The translations under genes were made by a program, and so were the position numbers. From the NCBI GenBank assembly GCA_913054335.1, contig CAJXHL010000001.1, forward strand, positions 22,502-86,501: a stretch of 64,000 nucleotides of DNA, read 5' to 3'. A model generated the notes under the pieces. It did not search any database. It saw only the letters and a program-made list of their open reading frames with translations, and was not told the DNA's origin. Source of the stretch: an uncultured Gammaproteobacteria bacterium (lineage in GTDB: Bacteria > Pseudomonadota > Gammaproteobacteria > PS1 > Pseudothioglobaceae). Below, one piece after another: positions 59,339 to 64,000 of this stretch; the stretch's first letter is position 1, and each line of letters opens with the position of its first letter.

Positions 59339-60367
59339 TTAGTTGATTTTATGTTGTTCCAGCTCGTGAGTTAACTGGTCGGAAATCTTATCGGTAATTT
59401 TAGCATGTGCCTCTAAGTAGGCCAGCTTAATTGCTTGAAGGTAGGCTTTGGTATCGGCCCCACCGTGGCTTTTAATGACCACACCTTTGAGTCCTAGCAA
59501 ACTTGCGCCATTATATTGACCAGGGTCCACGCGCGACTTGAAATCCTTCATCACTGGGCTGGCAATCAGCGCGATGATTTTTGTTAATGGGTTTTTCTTA
59601 AAAGAGCGCTTGAGAAAGTGCGATATCATCTTAGCAACGCCTTCACTAGCCTTCAAGGCAATATTACCTTCAAAGCCATCGCAGACAACGACATCGACGG
59701 TACCTTTATAGATATCATCGCCTTCAACGAAACCAACGTAGTTAAGAGAAGAGTTTTTAAGGAGTTGAGCGGTGTCTTGAATTTTCTCACTGCCTTTCAT
59801 GTCTTCTACACCGACATTGAGAAGACCAATCGTTGGCTGTGTGATATTTTCAGTGTGCTGTACTGCAATTGCACCCATGGTCGCAAATTGTAATAAAGTT
59901 TCTGGTTTTGAATCAATATTTGCACCAACGTCAAGCATGTGAGTGTGACCAGTGTAGGTAGGTAGACTGGTCATAATGGCCGGCCGGTCTACACCTTTAA
60001 TGGTTTTTAAGACAAAGCGTGATATTGCCATTAGAGCGCCCGTATTTCCAGCGCTTACGCAGGCATCAACTGTTTTATCGTGGACAAGATTGATAGCGAC
60101 CCGCATTGATGAGTCTTTCTTACGGCGCAGAGCGTGCGAAGGAGCTTCGCACATGTCAATGACTTCACTAGCATGGGTGACGCTGATACGCTCGATAAGC
60201 GACTTGTATTTGGCGTGCTTTTCCAACTCTTGCTGAACACCTGGTTTGTCGCCGACAAAATTCAGGTGCAGGTCACCATATAAGCTTAGTGCATTAAGTC
60301 CAGCTTCGATGGTAACGGGAAATCCAAAGTCACCGCCTGAGGCATCAATTGATACCTTGGTTGTCAT
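59339..60367 (-). CDS. plsX: Phosphate acyltransferase PlsX
   Basis: IDASGGD, VSAGNTGALM, LD.GAN, VVCDGF.GN..LK, KSHG. Confidence 0.95.
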   Translation of the reverse strand: MTTKVSIDASGGDFGFPVTIEAGLNALSLYGDLHLNFVGDKPGVQQELEKHAKYKSLIERISVTHASEVIDMCEAPSHALRRKKDSSMRVAINLVHDKTVDACVSAGNTGALMAISRFVLKTIKGVDRPAIMTSLPTYTGHTHMLDVGANIDSKPETLLQFATMGAIAVQHTENITQPTIGLLNVGVEDMKGSEKIQDTAQLLKNSSLNYVGFVEGDDIYKGTVDVVVCDGFEGNIALKASEGVAKMISHFLKRSFKKNPLTKIIALIASPVMKDFKSRVDPGQYNGASLLGLKGVVIKSHGGADTKAYLQAIKLAYLEAHAKITDKISDQLTHELEQHKIN

Positions 60368-60379
60368 AGTTGCTTTATT

Positions 60380-60580
60380 TTAAGCTTCTACTTCTTCGAT
60401 GTCTTCAACTACTGATTTGATCACTTGTTTGCCACGATAATAACCATCAGTAGTGATGTGATGGCGCAAGTGAGTTTCACCAGTTTCTTGATCTTCTGAT
60501 AATGCAGGATTTTTTAGTGCATTATGTGAACGACGCATACCTCTCTTCGAAGGTGTTTTTCTACTTTTTTGTACTGCCAT
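60380..60580 (-). CDS. rpmF: 50S ribosomal protein L32
   Basis: [27 protein letters not shown]. Confidence 0.97.
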   Translation of the reverse strand: MAVQKSRKTPSKRGMRRSHNALKNPALSEDQETGETHLRHHITTDGYYRGKQVIKSVVEDIEEVEA

Positions 60581-60583
60581 TGC

Positions 60584-61093
60584 TTACTCCTCGCCCTCAT
60601 CGGCTATTTGAATATTTTTTAGTATTGCAAAAGGGTTTTGTTTCTCTTGCTCAACTACTTGTTCTGTGTCTTTATAAGTTGCACAATCATAATCGTGCAA
60701 AGGTACCATTGGTATTGCCAACAAAACCTCGTCTGAAATCAACTCCACTGTTGATAATTCTTCATCTTCAGTCACATACAACTCAAAGCGTGAATCCAGT
60801 CCCACACCTTGGTTTTCGTTTTTAATAAACCCCAAATTAAAGTCAATCTTTAAATCTTGAACAATATCTTCAAGGCAGCGCTGACATGAAATCGCAATAC
60901 TTAATGAAATTATTCCACTTAGACAAGGTGTTCTATTATTTTCAAATGAAAAGGCTAGTGCCACTTTGACTTTGTCTGTTTTATTGCTTGCAATCTTCTC
61001 AAGTTCTGGAAAATCCATAATTTGGTATTCCCCTGAAAAGATCAATTCCTTCCTAGCAAAGTTAAACAGTTTTAGCTGTTCTGGTGGCTTCAT
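60584..61093 (-). CDS. yceD: YceD/DUF177 family protein
   Basis: CQRCL, DEVLLAIPMVP.H, NPFA.LK; yceD-rpmF-plsX synteny. Confidence 0.88.
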   Translation of the reverse strand: MKPPEQLKLFNFARKELIFSGEYQIMDFPELEKIASNKTDKVKVALAFSFENNRTPCLSGIISLSIAISCQRCLEDIVQDLKIDFNLGFIKNENQGVGLDSRFELYVTEDEELSTVELISDEVLLAIPMVPLHDYDCATYKDTEQVVEQEKQNPFAILKNIQIADEGEE

Positions 61094-61157
61094 GCTAGCC
61101 CACTTATATTTGTTTTTCTAAAGCGAGAGTATTTTACCAGAAACTTTTCAATTAGTT

Positions 61158-61451
61158 GAGACCCTTGGGTAAATCATTTTAGATTTGATAGTGGAATTTT
61201 TGTTATTTTAAAAGGCATATTTTTTTAAAGCTCTACTTGTTGTCTAGCGAAAAAAATTTACGTAGGAAAATGGAGTGCGAAGCCTGCCCTTGGGTGAAAA
61301 ATTTCCTATCCCAAAGGGCTGAGGTGAAAAATGCTAAAAAGTGCAGAAAAATTCTCATCAATAGCTAGTGCTATTAATTTTAAATTTTTACACATTTTTT
61401 ATTCATTTTTATCACTCAGCAAATTCCAAAAATGGTTTGCACAAGGATCTC
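61158..61451 (+). mobile_element. MITE-like repeat, copy 4 (short form, 294 bp)
   Basis: TIR GAGACCCTTGGGTAAATCATTTT / AAAATGGTTTGCACAAGGATCTC; flanks TAGTT / AGGTT (3 of 5 match). Confidence 0.82.
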
Positions 61452-61454
61452 AGG

Positions 61455-62201
61455 TTAATAACTTTGACGTTGCCTTGTCGCTTCGAATAGCGCAATTCCG
61501 GTCGCCACAGATACGTTGAGGCTTTCAACATTGCCATGCATAGGGATTTTGACCAATTGGTCACAAGTTTTTTTGACTAATTTTCTAAGCCCTTTACCTT
61601 CAGTGCCCATCACCAGAACACTTGGCTCTCTGAGATTAAGTTGATACAGCAAGGATTGTGTCTCTCCATCAAGGCCAATAACCCACAGTGATAATTTTTG
61701 CAATTCTTTAATGGCTCTCACCAAGTTAGTTACTTGGAAGATTTTTAGTTGGTTTAGCGCACCGGCAGAGGTTTTGTGCACAAGTGCATTAATTGGCGCT
61801 GAACCGTCTTTATTGATAACCACACAGTCAACAGCGGCTGCATTTGCGCTTCGCAAACACGCACCGAGATTCCTTGGGTCTTGGATGGAGTCGAGCATTA
61901 GTATTAATGGAGCGTCACTCATACCACCTACAAACTTTATGAGCGCATCCTGACCCAGTAAGGTCGGTAGAACAATATCTGCAACAATGCCTTGGTGAAG
62001 TTCTCCTTTTGTTAGGCGATCCAACTTGCTTTTATCGATATAAGAGTAGTTGATTTGATGAGCATTAAGCTGTGAGATAACCCCAGATATTCGACGATCA
62101 TCCCTACCGGTTTGAATAAAGACGTTTAGTACGTACTCAGGGTTTGCATTAAGCTGTGCTTCTATACCGTGAAAGCCGTATATTTGTATCGATTTTGACA
62201 T
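61455..62201 (-). CDS. rlmB: 23S rRNA Gm2251 2'-O-methyltransferase
   Basis: HQGIVA, LDSIQDPRNLGACLRS, MG.EGKGLR, ESLNVSVA. Confidence 0.94.
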   Translation of the reverse strand: MSKSIQIYGFHGIEAQLNANPEYVLNVFIQTGRDDRRISGVISQLNAHQINYSYIDKSKLDRLTKGELHQGIVADIVLPTLLGQDALIKFVGGMSDAPLILMLDSIQDPRNLGACLRSANAAAVDCVVINKDGSAPINALVHKTSAGALNQLKIFQVTNLVRAIKELQKLSLWVIGLDGETQSLLYQLNLREPSVLVMGTEGKGLRKLVKKTCDQLVKIPMHGNVESLNVSVATGIALFEATRQRQSY

Positions 62202-62218
62202 ACTAATTTTGCTTTTCT

Positions 62219-63088
62219 CTATAGTTTATCTGAGAAGATCTCGATATAAGCAGAGCTTCTAAGTTCTTGCACCCAGTCAAGATAGTGCTTTGCAGTCTTG
62301 TTGTTGATAATTTTTTGCTTACAAGCTTCTAGACTGGAATTAATATAACGCTCGTCTGTTTTGATGGCGATTGCCCATCCAGCCCCCGAATTGTAAACCT
62401 TTGATACTTCACCTTCTTTAAGTTTGTCAAAAAAAATAAGATTTGAACTCTCCAGAGTGAGCCAGTCAGAAAGACCACCTTGTGCATAAGAGTAGTCTTG
62501 AGAGTGTAATTTTGCAAAATCATAAAATGAAGCGCCTTTTTCTATGTGTTTTGCAATTTTGTTAAGAAGATCTTTAACAGCACTTTTTTGATCATTGGCG
62601 CCTTCAACCTCGGAAATAAATATTTGCGCTATTCTTATTTGTTTGGTGCTGTTTTTGGTTGCGTTATTTTGGCATTTAGTGCTTATTTCTTCATCGGATA
62701 AAATAATCGCCATTCCCTGAATTACATTTTGCTGCAATATTCTTACTGAAAGTTGGCTGATGATTTGTTGAAGGAATGTGGGAAATTGTGAAAGGGCTTT
62801 AAGTTCCTCAATCGTCATGTTGTTGGTTTTTGCTATTTGTGCTATAGCTTCGTCAATCGATTGCTGTGTAGGCTTAATACCTAGGCTGGTTATTTGTTCA
62901 TGAATCAAAATATTGTCAATTTGTTGATCGATGACTGCCATTTTTTCATCTAACGAGCTGCCAGTGGTGAGTTGTTGCTCAACCGAAGTCGTGGTGATAA
63001 TGTTGTCATTGACAATGGCAATTATGTTGTTGGTGGCAAATACAGGTCCAAATTGTAAGCACAATAATAGTGCTAGGAGTTTTCTCAT
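62219..63088 (-). CDS. surA: SurA-like peptidyl-prolyl isomerase/chaperone
   Basis: IIAIVND.IIT N-domain, rotamase F..FAKLHSQD...QGG; directly downstream of lptD. Confidence 0.75.
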   Translation of the reverse strand: MRKLLALLLCLQFGPVFATNNIIAIVNDNIITTTSVEQQLTTGSSLDEKMAVIDQQIDNILIHEQITSLGIKPTQQSIDEAIAQIAKTNNMTIEELKALSQFPTFLQQIISQLSVRILQQNVIQGMAIILSDEEISTKCQNNATKNSTKQIRIAQIFISEVEGANDQKSAVKDLLNKIAKHIEKGASFYDFAKLHSQDYSYAQGGLSDWLTLESSNLIFFDKLKEGEVSKVYNSGAGWAIAIKTDERYINSSLEACKQKIINNKTAKHYLDWVQELRSSAYIEIFSDKL

Positions 63089-63999
63089 CGAGTGATGCCA
63101 GCTCGGTAGTATGGTATGTTCTCTTCAATTTTTTTACGCAGACTAAATGAACTTGAGCCTAATCCTTTAAATACAAGCTCGGCGCCTGTGCTGTAGTCAT
63201 AGCCGCTACTGCTGTCTCTGTATTTTTTAAAATGCGCTATGCGAAACGCCCAGCAACAAGACTCATAAACAATACCAGTGGTTTCCGTGTTGGTTATACC
63301 GGTTGAAGTGGTTTTATCGATACCGCCGAATAAATGTATAGCATCTGTTACAGGGTATGCTCCATATAGCTTAAGTGTTTTTTTTGTGCCGTCGTTTTCA
63401 GTGGAAATTGAGACAAACTCCTTGGGGTTAAGTTTATAACTAAGAGTATTATTTCGTTTAACAATTGTTGCCTTATCTGGGTCAAATTGTATAGCGGTGT
63501 TATAAATGAAATTGCCTAGCGCTAGGTCAATTGATGCAGCAATATCGGAGTGAGTTTTTCGCGTTTCATAATCAGTATTTGCATTATCACTGACCACTTC
63601 ATCATCTGCATAAAAGCTCTGAGCAAGTTTGATGTTTAATAAGCTTTTGTTGGAATCTTTATCACTTAAATCAGATTCAAGACTCAGAGTGATGTCATTG
63701 GCATTTGTTACTCTGTCGAAGCCCGTGTATCTTTCACCAGAGGTTAAGTCAGCAAAGGTGATGATGTCATCATGTTTGTCAGTTGTGTCGAAAATTGGAA
63801 TATTTCCTTGTACCTGTTTTGCCCGATAGTTGTAAGAAACTCTAGGTGTAAACTGATGAATTACATCAGAATTAAGCAATTGTGTTTGTCCGATGAAAGG
63901 AAAGGCGAGACCAGCACCAAATCCGGCTGTAGTGCGCGTGATGTTGTTACTATTATCAAGTAAATAGTGAGTCACTCCCACATCCGCACGGGTTGTCAC
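63085..63999 (-). CDS. lptD: LPS assembly protein LptD, C-terminal part (runs off the window)
   Basis: PIFDT, RYTGFDR...AN, YESCCW, FKGLG; lptD-surA synteny. Confidence 0.88.
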   Translation of the reverse strand: MTTRADVGVTHYLLDNSNNITRTTAGFGAGLAFPFIGQTQLLNSDVIHQFTPRVSYNYRAKQVQGNIPIFDTTDKHDDIITFADLTSGERYTGFDRVTNANDITLSLESDLSDKDSNKSLLNIKLAQSFYADDEVVSDNANTDYETRKTHSDIAASIDLALGNFIYNTAIQFDPDKATIVKRNNTLSYKLNPKEFVSISTENDGTKKTLKLYGAYPVTDAIHLFGGIDKTTSTGITNTETTGIVYESCCWAFRIAHFKKYRDSSSGYDYSTGAELVFKGLGSSSFSLRKKIEENIPYYRAGITR

Positions 64000-64000
64000 T

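Overview
AT-rich gammaproteobacterial chromosome segment. Gene content and order (lptD-surA, rlmB, yceD-rpmF-plsX-fabH, trxA-rho, ffs-dnaX-ybaB-recR, guaB, valS, pnp, aceE) suggest a SUP05/Thioglobaceae-like marine or symbiotic lineage; this is inference, not a database result. Housekeeping blocks are interleaved with accessory blocks (1-5 kb, 10.3-11.9 kb, 14.9-30 kb) and an iclR-aceA-aceK-rraA-glcG-glcB glyoxylate-shunt cluster. The main unannotated signal is a 292-350 bp intergenic element with four full copies (7189-7538, 22043-22392, 53342-53633 inverted, 61158-61451), one solo end and one core remnant. It has 5-bp flanking duplications like a MITE. Its terminal inverted repeats differ between copies but match within each copy, while the interior is nearly invariant. 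The interior carries a hairpin-sequestered GAGG Shine-Dalgarno and a small Phe-rich ORF, an architecture reminiscent of multicopy type I toxin loci. Other notable items: a decayed integrase-less integron-cassette tract (about 26.2-29.9 kb), a second inverted-repeat element between xseB and ispA, several deletion-scarred pseudogenes, an SRP RNA, a dnaX A9 slippage candidate and several unexplained structured intergenic segments. No CRISPR array, rRNA, tRNA, transposase or integrase gene was seen.
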